From contig JAYTSD010000001.1 of NCBI GenBank assembly GCA_043745805.1, positions 96,001 through 160,000 on the forward strand: a stretch of 64,000 nucleotides of DNA, in the 5' to 3' direction. The notes under the pieces are model-generated. The model saw nothing but the letters and a program-made list of their open reading frames with translations, made no database searches and was not told the origin of the DNA. The DNA comes from Fibrobacteria bacterium. GTDB lineage: Bacteria > Fibrobacterota > Fibrobacteria > UBA11236. The first letter of the stretch is position 1; every line of letters begins with the position of its first letter. This document shows, one piece after another, positions 18,949 to 29,007 of this stretch. The translations under genes and the position numbers were made by a program.

Positions 18949-20397
18949 ATGCTTCAATTAAGTTTTAAAAAGTTCATTTTACCAATAATCGGAGGAGCAA
19001 TTCTTGGTGCATTTTCGCTAAGCTCTGCGCTTCCTGCGGGATTCACTGCGGTGCAAGTGGGACCTAAAACAGGTTTAAAATTCGGAACGGCTATTGCCGA
19101 AGCACCCGATGGAAGAATTTTTTATACCGAAGCAACTGGTGCAGTTAAAGCTATCAAAGGAGATGTTGCGACTACTATTACCACAGTATTGACCAGCACG
19201 GGAACGGAAAATGGATTATTAAAAGTAGTGGTGCATCCCAACTTTGCTACTAATGGATGGATTTACATTTACTATACCTCGGGAGATGGCAAACAACAGC
19301 AAATTGATCGTATCAAAGTAGATGCAAACAGTGCTATGACCGATTCGAAAACCATTTTCAGTTTTGCGATCAATGGATTGCAATTTCATAATGGGTCTGC
19401 AATGACATTTAAAGATGGTTTTCTTTATTTTGCTAAAGGAAATCATGGAAATACCGCAGCGGCACATGATTGGAAATCGTATTATGGCCATGTATTTCGT
19501 TTAACTGAAGATGGTGCCCCTGCTCCTGGAAATCCGCATTATGCAACGGCAGGTGCTAATGATGCCGAAAAAAGTACATGGGCTTTGGGAATGAGAAATC
19601 CTTGGAGTATGTCAGTTGACCCAATTACTAATAGGCTTTTATGTACCAATGTAGGTGAGGGGACAGAAGAAATTAATGATATTACAGCCCCTGATGCGGC
19701 AAAAGGATATGATTTTGGTGGCATAGACCATGAAGGAATTCAAACAGCCTATATCAGCCCACTTTATTTTTACAAAACAAATGGTGGCATGGGAAATTCA
19801 CCAGTAAGCTCAATAGTTTATAACCCACCAGTTACCAATTGGCCTGCTGAATATAAAGGTTTGTTTTTTACCAATGATTATAATGGAAGTAAGAAGTTTT
19901 CTACTGTTCCTTTAAAAGCAAATGGCACATCTACAAGTCTCGATGATGCCGCTAGCGGAGTAAAGCCGTTTCATGATTGCACTACTTGCATCGGAACTAT
20001 ACTCGGTAATAATGGCAATATCTACTATATAAAGAACGATTCTTATAATGGGTTTGGTTCCAATGCAGCTGTTTACCAAATCAGTTATGGACCCGTTGGC
20101 ACGCTTTCCAAACCTTCACTTTCCATGCGTAATTTCTCATTAAAAATGGGTGTTCAAAACGAAATCAATTTCAGTTTAAATGGTGCATTTTCAACGCAAG
20201 ATATTAACAATGCCACTTTCTCCATTATTGGTGCGGATGGAAAAACTTATTTCTCTAAACCCATTACAATTACCAATTCGACTTTACAGGTGCAGGGATT
20301 TGAACCCAAAACCTCGGGAGTATTCGTCGGTCAATTGCACTGGAATTCTCAAGGTGCTGACCATGTGGCTAATGGACGTTTAGTGGTTCTGCCTTAA
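18949..20397 (+). CDS. Secreted PQQ-dependent sugar (glucose/sorbosone) dehydrogenase-like beta-propeller with T9SS-CTD-like tail
   Basis: Signal peptide; PDGRIF, ENGLL..HPNF..NGWIY, HNG, GMRNPW, EEIN motifs. Confidence 0.8.
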   Translation: MLQLSFKKFILPIIGGAILGAFSLSSALPAGFTAVQVGPKTGLKFGTAIAEAPDGRIFYTEATGAVKAIKGDVATTITTVLTSTGTENGLLKVVVHPNFATNGWIYIYYTSGDGKQQQIDRIKVDANSAMTDSKTIFSFAINGLQFHNGSAMTFKDGFLYFAKGNHGNTAAAHDWKSYYGHVFRLTEDGAPAPGNPHYATAGANDAEKSTWALGMRNPWSMSVDPITNRLLCTNVGEGTEEINDITAPDAAKGYDFGGIDHEGIQTAYISPLYFYKTNGGMGNSPVSSIVYNPPVTNWPAEYKGLFFTNDYNGSKKFSTVPLKANGTSTSLDDAASGVKPFHDCTTCIGTILGNNGNIYYIKNDSYNGFGSNAAVYQISYGPVGTLSKPSLSMRNFSLKMGVQNEINFSLNGAFSTQDINNATFSIIGADGKTYFSKPITITNSTLQVQGFEPKTSGVFVGQLHWNSQGADHVANGRLVVLP

Positions 20398-20425
20398 GCT
20401 CTTATAGCCTTCCTTGTAAAAGCTC

Positions 20426-20455
20426 AAACCCTGCTCCTAAAGCAGGGTTTTTTTT
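20426..20455 (+). terminator. Rho-independent terminator
   Basis: AAACCCTGCT-CCTAA-AGCAGGGTTT followed by T run. Confidence 0.85.
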
Positions 20456-20477
20456 GCTCAAAATTATAACGGGGTTT

Positions 20478-20493
20478 GGTGATGCTTATCACA
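20478..20493. promoter_or_regulatory. CRP/FNR-family-like box
   Basis: GGTGA-TGCTTA-TCACA upstream of the Ig-repeat lipoprotein. Confidence 0.45.
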
Positions 20494-20708
20494 TAAACTC
20501 TTGCGGTTAAATTGCATATTTCTCAAATGGGACTAAAAGTAACGGCTTTGACTTTTTCTAGCTCTTTGGGATACTTAAAACCCTTTATTCATGGAATTAG
20601 CCAGCCTCCAGTTAGAGTAAAATATTTAGATTTCCTCCCGCACTTATTCTGGAAACAAGACCCATGGTTTATTTCCGTTTACTTGATCTTTAACCGTAAA
20701 GAAAAATT

Positions 20709-23700
20709 ATGCACTACCATATAAAAAAAATCGCTTTTTTATTTTCGGCTTTTATGCTGCTTTTCTTGTGGTCCTGCACTTCCACAGATTCGCAAGGCGA
20801 TCAATATTTAAAATTCAATTTAAGCGCTTCCCTTAAAGAATATAATCGAGTACAAATTCGTTTGGTGAATGCCATTGATTCCAATACGGTTTATGACACG
20901 GTATGGAATGATACTTTAAAAGATCCAGTAAATTTTCCTCGCTATAAATTAAAAGCAGCGAAGAACAAAGATTTTGTGATTCAAATTCGCGGTTATAATA
21001 AAGACAAACTTAGTTTAGCAAGGGACATTAAAGTAATCGGGAATGCTCCACAAACACCCATCACGGTTCAAGCGGATTTACGACTTTACGATTTGGAATT
21101 ATCGCAGGGTAGCTTACAGCCTGCATTAGATCCTGATGTGTATGCTTACACAGTTAACGTGCCGGATACGGTAGCAAATATATCTTTTACCCTGTCTGCA
21201 TTAGATTCGTCAAATATTTTGCAAATAGGCCCCATTCCCTTTAATTGGGGGAAAAGTTATGCGCAAGCTATAAAAATAGGGGAAAATACCCTAATCATTA
21301 CCGTGCAAAGTAAAGATGGTAAGACTTCAAAAATTTATACCATAGTGATAAATCGTGGAAACCCACCACCGCCTAGCTCCAAACCCATTAGTGTGCAATT
21401 TGTGTCAGGCTCTCCTTTGAACTTAACTATTGGCGGACCCGCTATCACTGCTGTAGCTACCGTAAACCCAACTGATGCTGATCAAACCATAATCTGGACA
21501 AGTTTAGATACCACCCTCGCGAAGATCAATGCGCAAGGTTTGCTACAACCCATTAAAGCAGGCAATACCTTTATCAAAGCCAGTGCTAAAGGGGATACAT
21601 CGGTTAATGCTCTATTAACACTGAATGTCTCAAGTCCAATTCCTTCCAAACCCACCAAGGTGCAATTGCTGATTGCTTCCCCTTTGAATTTATATGTAGG
21701 TGGGGCAGGAACCACGGCTACCGCTAGCGTAACTCCCGCTGATGCCGATCAAAGCATACTCTGGGCGAGCTTAGATAGCACTATTGCCAAAGTCAATGCA
21801 CAAGGTTTGGTAACGCCTATTAAAGCCGGCACTACCTTTATTAAAGCCAGTGCCAAAGCAGATAGCTCGGTGAGTATTTTATTGGCTATCAATGTGGCCA
21901 GTACGCCTCCTCCCAAACCCACAAAATTACAATGGGTTACCCCATCTCCTTTGAGCTTAACCCTCGGCGGAGCGGCACTCACAGGGGCCGCGACAATAAC
22001 TCCTGCCACAGCCGATCAAACTATTTTGTGGATGAGTTTAGACACCACTATTGTTACGGTTAATGCGCAAGGCCTTATTCAAGCAGTAAAAGTAGGCACT
22101 ACTTTTGTCAAAGCCAGTGCTAAGGGTGACACCACGGTTAATGCCTTATTAACCGTCAATGTGGTTAATCCTCCGCCTATAAAACCCACTTCCGTGCAAA
22201 TGATCACTAATCCCGAATTGGATTTAGCCGATAATGGAACTCTGGGTAAAGCGGATGCGAAAGTTCTTCCCACAGGAGCTTTACAAAGCCTTATCTGGAC
22301 CGTAACAGATTCCAGCATTGTCAAAGTGGATTCCTTAGGCAATGTATCCCCGTTGAAAGTGGGTACTACCACTCTTAAAGCTAGAGCCAAAGCCGACACT
22401 TCACTTTCTGCTACTTTGCTCGTAAAAGTGATGCACATTGTAAAATCGGTGGACAGCTTGCGAGTTACTCCTAAAACTAAAACCTTTTATACCGGCAGTA
22501 ACTTGGTAGATACGGTTAAGGTCACTTTTTACCCAATTGATACGGGACGTGTCGCTGAATTCAAATCCAGCGATGTGGGTGTAGTTACGGTGAACGCCAA
22601 AGGGGAACTTATTTCCGTAGCTCCAGGAAAAGCCACGATACTGGTCAATCCATTAGGGGATAAAACCAAATTTGATTCTTGTGTAGTGACGGTGATTAAA
22701 GACACTCCCAAACTAGACCCAGGCGCAGATAAGAATGTGCAAGCCAATCAGCCTATAACATTTAACATTACCGTTACCCAAGCCTTTGGAACCATCGCAA
22801 TTCTTCGTTGGGATTTAAACGGCGATGGAGTATGGGAAGACTCAACCAAAAATGCTACAGCAGCTCCTGTATTCACTTACCCTTTGGCTAAGTCCTATAC
22901 AGCTAAATTTGAAGTGCGCGATAGTGAAGGCAATGATACGGTAGTTACTCGTCAAGTAATCACCGATGCGCAAATCCCGCAAATCAAAATCACTCATCCT
23001 GCTGCGGATACCTTAATAAACACGAAATCTTTTATTGTGGGATACGATTCGAATAGTGTGAAGAAAACCAAACCCTTTACTTTGGTTGAGGGGCTTAACA
23101 AAATTGTGATCACCGCCAATAATGCGGGAAAAATTGGAGGAGATTCATTGTTTATCACCGTGGATGATATTCTTCCAGCTACTCCAGTTTTATCGGCAGC
23201 AACTCCTGTGCAAAATCCAAGTTGGACTTGGCCTGCGGTGGAAGCAAAGGCAAAGTATGCCATACGCTTGGTGCAAGGGACACAAAAAGCTCAGCAAACC
23301 TTAAACAGTGCAGGATACACTCCACCTGTAACAGCCACTTTAGTAGATGGATCTTATACTCTGTATGTTATGACTATTGATAGTGCAGGGAATACTAGCA
23401 ATGAAGTTTTGTCTACGGTGATGGTAGATAAGACAAAACCACAACTGGCTATTACAGGACCTAGTGCCGATAGTTTGGTTACCTCCATAAATCCTATAAT
23501 AAAAGGTACAACTTCGGATAATATTAAGGTAAGTAAACTGACTTACTCTAATTCTCAAGGTGGCTTGACAGGAAACATTGTTCCTAGTGGATCAACATGG
23601 AGCTTATCGGGGATTAATTTTCCAGATGGAAAAAACACCTTAACCATTCATGCTGAAGATGCTGCTGGAAACCAGGCGGTAGATCAAACTATCGATATTT

Positions 23701-24476
23701 ATAAATGGTCAAAAGTGATATTTGTGCGTTCAGGAAAAAACGGTAATGGTACATCTTGGGCGAATGCTTATGGAATTATTGACACCGCATTAATGAGTGC
23801 AAGAGCCAAGCTTGCAGGTGCTCAGGTGTGGGTTTCGAAAGGTATATATGGGGAATATGGTACATCGCAAGTAGTTGTTTCGTTGCCTAAAGATGGTCTT
23901 GTTTTGGGTGGGTTTTTAGATGCGGGTGCACCTTCAGATTCAAGTCAACGGGCACCAGTTACGAATCCGACCACATTTTTTAATAGATACATGTATGTGG
24001 ATACGCTAGGAACGCGTTACGAATTTAACGGCATAGATTTTTGGGCTAGTAGTTCTCGTGCCTATTATACCGATCAATCTGGAACACTTGCATTTTTAAA
24101 CTGTACATTTCGTGATGGAACGAATGATGTGATTACTATGGATACTCCCTATTATATCAATGTGGATATAATTAACTGTAATTTCTTTCGTGCGAATCAA
24201 GCTTTGTACATTAGGAATACAGCAGGAAACGTTCGCTGTATTAATGCTAAGTTTTATTCAAATAATAATAACTCAATTAAAATAGGTGAAGTTACTGCAA
24301 ACTCAATTTTAATTGATAAAAGTACCTTGGATTATGACGTTTCGAATTCTGGCGGCATTATTCAATTGACATTTTTTGCACATATTTCTGGGATTATTAG
24401 CAACAGTTTCGTTCGTGGTGGAAGATTAGCCATAGATGCAATACCGTTGGCTGATTATATCAGTAATACACAATAG
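20709..24476 (+). CDS. Large surface lipoprotein: cadherin-like, Big_2 Ig-like repeats, PKD-like, further Ig folds, C-terminal beta-helix-like domain
   Basis: LWSC lipobox; SKIYTIVINR; repeated (W)xSxDxxxAxVxxxG; WDLNGDG; IFVRSG..GTSWANAY. Confidence 0.8.
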   Translation: MHYHIKKIAFLFSAFMLLFLWSCTSTDSQGDQYLKFNLSASLKEYNRVQIRLVNAIDSNTVYDTVWNDTLKDPVNFPRYKLKAAKNKDFVIQIRGYNKDKLSLARDIKVIGNAPQTPITVQADLRLYDLELSQGSLQPALDPDVYAYTVNVPDTVANISFTLSALDSSNILQIGPIPFNWGKSYAQAIKIGENTLIITVQSKDGKTSKIYTIVINRGNPPPPSSKPISVQFVSGSPLNLTIGGPAITAVATVNPTDADQTIIWTSLDTTLAKINAQGLLQPIKAGNTFIKASAKGDTSVNALLTLNVSSPIPSKPTKVQLLIASPLNLYVGGAGTTATASVTPADADQSILWASLDSTIAKVNAQGLVTPIKAGTTFIKASAKADSSVSILLAINVASTPPPKPTKLQWVTPSPLSLTLGGAALTGAATITPATADQTILWMSLDTTIVTVNAQGLIQAVKVGTTFVKASAKGDTTVNALLTVNVVNPPPIKPTSVQMITNPELDLADNGTLGKADAKVLPTGALQSLIWTVTDSSIVKVDSLGNVSPLKVGTTTLKARAKADTSLSATLLVKVMHIVKSVDSLRVTPKTKTFYTGSNLVDTVKVTFYPIDTGRVAEFKSSDVGVVTVNAKGELISVAPGKATILVNPLGDKTKFDSCVVTVIKDTPKLDPGADKNVQANQPITFNITVTQAFGTIAILRWDLNGDGVWEDSTKNATAAPVFTYPLAKSYTAKFEVRDSEGNDTVVTRQVITDAQIPQIKITHPAADTLINTKSFIVGYDSNSVKKTKPFTLVEGLNKIVITANNAGKIGGDSLFITVDDILPATPVLSAATPVQNPSWTWPAVEAKAKYAIRLVQGTQKAQQTLNSAGYTPPVTATLVDGSYTLYVMTIDSAGNTSNEVLSTVMVDKTKPQLAITGPSADSLVTSINPIIKGTTSDNIKVSKLTYSNSQGGLTGNIVPSGSTWSLSGINFPDGKNTLTIHAEDAAGNQAVDQTIDIYKWSKVIFVRSGKNGNGTSWANAYGIIDTALMSARAKLAGAQVWVSKGIYGEYGTSQVVVSLPKDGLVLGGFLDAGAPSDSSQRAPVTNPTTFFNRYMYVDTLGTRYEFNGIDFWASSSRAYYTDQSGTLAFLNCTFRDGTNDVITMDTPYYINVDIINCNFFRANQALYIRNTAGNVRCINAKFYSNNNNSIKIGEVTANSILIDKSTLDYDVSNSGGIIQLTFFAHISGIISNSFVRGGRLAIDAIPLADYISNTQ
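21381..22448 (+). repeat. Four tandem 267-bp (89-aa) Ig-like repeats
   Basis: AAACCC (KP) anchors at 21381, 21648, 21915, 22182. Confidence 0.85.
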
Positions 24477-24679
24477 CATGAAAATGGTTTTACAGGAAAG
24501 CAAGGGGTTTTCCTTTTAGAATTAACTGCTCTGCCAACCTTAGTAATGGGTGAGTTTGCGCATTGTGCTATAGAAGAGTATTTTTTTTATCTATGGTATT
24601 GGCCTGATTCTCTATTAAAGAAAGCAGGTAAATAAGATTCTACGCGCATGGATATTTTTATGATTTTGGGAAGTAAAGA

Positions 24680-27295
24680 ATGACAAGAAAAGTTATCACC
24701 GAAGCCGAATTAATATCCGGCATTACCTTACCCTCTTCTGGCGGCCATTTTACCATTGTGGTTAAAAGCGACAAAGAAATGACGCGCGTTCGCCTCACAG
24801 GAATGTTTTTCGCGCTGGATAAATGTTTCTTGCTTCCTTCGGCCATGCAAGGCATTAAAGAAATTGCGCAGCAATATGATATGCACCCCAATAGTCATTT
24901 ACTCATTGTGGGACATACCGACACTTCGGGTGAGGACGATTATAATTTGACTTTATCTTTAGAGCGTGCCGAAGCGGTAGCCGCTTTTTTACAAGATAAA
25001 GTTGCAGATTGGGAAGATTATTTCGCAGATTCAAAACCCGAAGCCAAGCGTTGGGGCATGCGAGAAATACAACTCATGCTTTCGGCCTTACCGGACTTTG
25101 AAGAAGAAAAGTTTCTCACCGAAGAGGATATTTCCGGTGAAGACGATGCGGTTACCCAAGTTGGAGTAAAAGCTTTTCAGAAAGCGCATCAACTTAAAGA
25201 GGATGGCATAGCAGGACCCAAAACGCGCAAAGCTTTGATTAAAGCATACATGGAGTTGGATGGTACAACTTTACCCCATGATGCCGATAACACTATTAAA
25301 ATTACTACTCATGGTTGTGGTGAAAATTTCCCTTTGATTAAAACGGGCGATGGCGTGCAAAATGATGAGAATCGCCGCGTGGAAATTTTCTTTTTTGAAG
25401 GCGATATCAAACCTGAGCCAGCTGCTGATAAAAAATCCAAGAAAGGCACGAAGCCGCATTTGTTTTGGAATGATCAGGTAACGCATGAAGTACATGTCCC
25501 TGTCAAAAAAGCATATCATGAACATGCGATTAAAGAAGATTTTGATGGCTTTATCTTTTATAATCCTGCCCAGGAAAAATATCTTTTGCTTGAAACACAA
25601 GAAGAGTTTAAAGCGTTTTCTACTAGTGTGGATAAATCGCATGCCTTGCGCGGGAAAACGGCGCTGGCCTGGGAAAAATCCAGTTCAAAAGAACGAAAAG
25701 AAGAATTGGAAAAAACTAAAAAGGAATGGGAAGAGCTATTTGAAGGGAAAGTTTTAGCAGATGCAGATAAAGGATTAGAAGAAATTCTTTTGGTCAAAGG
25801 AAATAAAAGTTGGGGGAAGGTTACCGCTTTTACCCATGTACCCTCGGCTTGGACCAAAGATGACAAAAAAATTCCGGGTCGTTGGGCCAAGCATAGTGAT
25901 AAAGCTTTGCAAAAACAGTTGGATAAACTTCTTCATAAAGATGATGAAAAAAAAGGCGCACTTGAAAAGAAATTTAAAATGAAACTTTTCGAAAGTGAGC
26001 CGATGGTGGGTAGCATTTGGCCTTGGGCTCATATGAGCCGAAAAATTCATGAAAAAAAAGACGAGAACGAAGACGATCATTTTGATCTTTCTGCTGAAGC
26101 CGCTTTATGTCGTTATGCAGCGGGATATAAGGGTGAAGCCGAATTTGACATAAAAGAAAGAAAATTAAAAATCGAAGGATCAGGAAGCGCTTCTTTTTCG
26201 GTAGTAGAGGGTAAAATTTCAGGAAGCTGGTATTTACCAGATCGCGGAGGAATTAACCTACTGGGATTTTTATGCATGGATAAATCTCAAAAAGTTTGTC
26301 GCGAAAATGGGCATGCTTGTTTATTGCGCGTTTCTATTTCCAGTGAAGGCAATGTTTTTGCGGGAATCTCAGTCAGTGGCGCCCTCGCCTTTCCGGCTAT
26401 TGATTTATCCACGGATGTTAAAAAACGAAAAGTCGAAACTAGTGCCAAAGCAGAGGGGCTTTTAGGAGCGAGAGCGGCCGGTGAAATAAAATTGGAAATA
26501 AAATGGAGTCCCGATCCAAAAACAGAATTTGCAGAATTAGGAAATTATGGTGGAGAGGTTGGGGGTACAGCGGGGATAGCCGCTGGGGCCGAGTTTAATA
26601 TTGGCTACTCCAATGGACGCTTTCAATTTAAATGCTCAGCCAGTTTAGCCATTGGATTGGGTGGCAAAGCTGGTTTGGCCATAGAAATAGGCGTGGATGA
26701 AGCGTATCACTTTATTAAACACATTACCGAAAGTGCGGATAGTCATTATGTAAGCGAAATTGCTCAAGCAGCTTTTGTTACCTATAAGAATTTTGCCTTT
26801 GCGAAAATAGTCGAAGCGGAATTGATACTAGAGCACGGGGCACATAAAGCGATTGATGAAGTACATAATTTTGAACATTGGTTATCAAAAAACATTAACA
26901 AGATAGACAAAATAAAATCCAGAATTATTGGGGCACCCTTGCGGCAAATTATGTATAAGGACATACCCCCGGAGGCTTTGGGTCAAGCTATTATTACTTT
27001 AATGCATGGTCGGGAAACGGCAGATTTTCCGGCCATATTGGATATTTTAAAGTCGGCAGAAAGTGATCATAAATTCAAATGGATTTTACGTATTACCTCC
27101 CAAATATCTTTGCCGAATAGGGATAATCCTACTTACGAGAAAACAAGCGGCGAGGCTTTGAAGGCTGGGATCAAAAGGATAAATGATTTTGGATATGGTA
27201 TCGGATACTCAGATTCACAGCATAAAGAACCAAAAAGTAACGAAAATTTTCTGGACCAATTTCAGGAACTTTTGCAAAAAAATGGGATACGTTAA
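24680..27295 (+). CDS. OmpA_C + peptidoglycan-binding domain protein with Gly-rich C-terminal region (putative effector/toxin)
   Basis: VGHTDTSG..YNLTLSLERAEAV ... GCGE..NRRVEI (OmpA_C); VKAFQ..LKEDGIAGPKT (PG_binding_1); no signal peptide. Confidence 0.7.
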   Translation: MTRKVITEAELISGITLPSSGGHFTIVVKSDKEMTRVRLTGMFFALDKCFLLPSAMQGIKEIAQQYDMHPNSHLLIVGHTDTSGEDDYNLTLSLERAEAVAAFLQDKVADWEDYFADSKPEAKRWGMREIQLMLSALPDFEEEKFLTEEDISGEDDAVTQVGVKAFQKAHQLKEDGIAGPKTRKALIKAYMELDGTTLPHDADNTIKITTHGCGENFPLIKTGDGVQNDENRRVEIFFFEGDIKPEPAADKKSKKGTKPHLFWNDQVTHEVHVPVKKAYHEHAIKEDFDGFIFYNPAQEKYLLLETQEEFKAFSTSVDKSHALRGKTALAWEKSSSKERKEELEKTKKEWEELFEGKVLADADKGLEEILLVKGNKSWGKVTAFTHVPSAWTKDDKKIPGRWAKHSDKALQKQLDKLLHKDDEKKGALEKKFKMKLFESEPMVGSIWPWAHMSRKIHEKKDENEDDHFDLSAEAALCRYAAGYKGEAEFDIKERKLKIEGSGSASFSVVEGKISGSWYLPDRGGINLLGFLCMDKSQKVCRENGHACLLRVSISSEGNVFAGISVSGALAFPAIDLSTDVKKRKVETSAKAEGLLGARAAGEIKLEIKWSPDPKTEFAELGNYGGEVGGTAGIAAGAEFNIGYSNGRFQFKCSASLAIGLGGKAGLAIEIGVDEAYHFIKHITESADSHYVSEIAQAAFVTYKNFAFAKIVEAELILEHGAHKAIDEVHNFEHWLSKNINKIDKIKSRIIGAPLRQIMYKDIPPEALGQAIITLMHGRETADFPAILDILKSAESDHKFKWILRITSQISLPNRDNPTYEKTSGEALKAGIKRINDFGYGIGYSDSQHKEPKSNENFLDQFQELLQKNGIR

Positions 27296-28057
27296 ATGCG
27301 ATTAATAGTTTCTACTCTCCTTATGATTCATATTTCTTTTTCTAATACCCAATATTATTGTGGGCAAAAGGAAACCATAAAGCGTCCTTATGGTCAAGTT
27401 GAGTTGAGAGTAAATTGCCGTGGCCTTCAAGAATATAATTCGATCTCCGTATTGGAATACAAGGATAATGTTCAACATGGAAACGCTGTTCATTATACTG
27501 GCCAATGGCAAAAAAAAGATAGTTGTTTTTTTGTGAATGGAAAAGAGAATGGGGTTTGTTTGTTTTGGGACTCCTTAGGAAACATTGTGGGCAAAGCACC
27601 ATACAAAGATGGCCATGAAATTGGAAAGAATGAAAGCTACTACTCCCCGGGTAAACCCAGCAATATCACCAATTACAATGACAGCGGAAAAAAAGATGGC
27701 GATGTTCAAGAGTGGTGGCCAAATGGAAATAAAAAGTTAGTAGGAAAGTGTAAAAATGGACAATATCTTCATATTGAAGAATATTTTCCCAATGGTCAAT
27801 TGCGCATTATGAGTGATAATAAATATGAACCAGATATCTTGAGAAAAGATCCTTTACTAAATTCTGCGGTGGCCTATTCGGCTAAAGGAAAGCCTACAGG
27901 TAAGGTGGTAAACGGGAATGGCGAATATTTTATGTTTGATGATGTACCCGATAGCACCACAAAAAAATATCGCGTATTACATGTGATTTATAAAAATGGC
28001 TTCGAAGAGCACAATGAAGAAATCAGCGCCAAAGCCGCTGCGAAGTTGCAAAAATAG
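27296..28057 (+). CDS. MORN-variant repeat protein, YwqK-antitoxin-like, with signal peptide (putative periplasmic immunity)
   Basis: Repeated YKDG..G....YY..G / WWPNG / YFPNG; ATG directly follows upstream stop. Confidence 0.7.
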   Translation: MRLIVSTLLMIHISFSNTQYYCGQKETIKRPYGQVELRVNCRGLQEYNSISVLEYKDNVQHGNAVHYTGQWQKKDSCFFVNGKENGVCLFWDSLGNIVGKAPYKDGHEIGKNESYYSPGKPSNITNYNDSGKKDGDVQEWWPNGNKKLVGKCKNGQYLHIEEYFPNGQLRIMSDNKYEPDILRKDPLLNSAVAYSAKGKPTGKVVNGNGEYFMFDDVPDSTTKKYRVLHVIYKNGFEEHNEEISAKAAAKLQK

Positions 28058-28106
28058 ATTTCGAAACCCTGCACCGATAGTTTGGTTGCAATCAATCGCA
28101 AAATTC

Positions 28107-28135
28107 AAACCCAGCTTTCAAAGCTGGGTTTTTTG
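28107..28135 (+). terminator. Rho-independent terminator
   Basis: AAACCCAGCTT-TCA-AAGCTGGGTTT + T run. Confidence 0.85.
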
Positions 28136-28200
28136 TTTCAACAAAATGGAAATTGCACTTAATCATTCGAATCATTATCCCATTTAATTAACTTTGTCGA

Positions 28201-29007
28201 ATGGAAACATTTTATATCGCGATCATCATTGGCCTTGTCGAAGGCATCACCGAATTTCTCCCAGTGTCCTCTACCGGGCATATGATTTTAGTTGGACATT
28301 TGCTTGGTTTTATCGGTGAAAAAGCCGATACCTTTGAAATTTTTATTCAGCTCGGCGCCATACTGGCGGTGGCATTTTTGTATAAAGAAAAGTTTTTCGC
28401 ATTGTTTAATTTTACGGCGCAAAAAAATCCCGAAGAGTTCGCGGGAAAAAAAGGCATACTCCTTTTGGCGCTCACCACTTTACCCGCGCTTGTGATAGGC
28501 AAGTTTGCGCATCATGCAATAAAAGAACATTTGTTTTCACCGCTTACTGTGGCTATAGGTTTAGGCGTGGGTGGTTTGGCTATTGTGATCATCGAAAAGT
28601 TTTTGCCGCAACCGCATAAGCTTGGTTTAAAGGCTATTACGCGCAAGGATGCCTTGCTGGTAGGTTTCTTTCAATGCCTAGCCTTATGGCCAGGCATGTC
28701 GCGTTCGGCTTCAACTATGATGGGTGGAATGCTTTTGGGCATAGAAAGAAAAACTATTGCGGAATATTCTTTTTTGGCAGCGGTGCCGCTAATGATTGCG
28801 GCGACGGGTTATGATTTATTAAAGAGCCGACACTTATTGCATACCAGCGACTTTGGTTTTTTCGCTATTGGCTTTGTGGTTTCATTTATTGCGGCTTGGG
28901 CGGCGATTAAAATTTTTATTCGTTTCATTGGCAATCACACTTTGTCGGGATTTGGTTGGTATAGAATTGCCTTAGCGGCATTTTCCTTTTGGTTTTTTAC
29001 CCGCTAA
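28201..29007 (+). CDS. uppP: Undecaprenyl-diphosphate phosphatase
   Basis: GLVEGITEFLPVSSTGH, PGMSRS, AEYSF motifs (BacA family). Confidence 0.96.
   Translation: METFYIAIIIGLVEGITEFLPVSSTGHMILVGHLLGFIGEKADTFEIFIQLGAILAVAFLYKEKFFALFNFTAQKNPEEFAGKKGILLLALTTLPALVIGKFAHHAIKEHLFSPLTVAIGLGVGGLAIVIIEKFLPQPHKLGLKAITRKDALLVGFFQCLALWPGMSRSASTMMGGMLLGIERKTIAEYSFLAAVPLMIAATGYDLLKSRHLLHTSDFGFFAIGFVVSFIAAWAAIKIFIRFIGNHTLSGFGWYRIALAAFSFWFFTR

Noticed and set aside
14456-18950. Integron cassette array or mobile element around toxin genes
   Set aside because: No attC-like sites, integrase or transposase recognised
20512-20724. 70-aa ORF upstream of lipoprotein
   Set aside because: TTG start, no RBS, lies in the presumed promoter region
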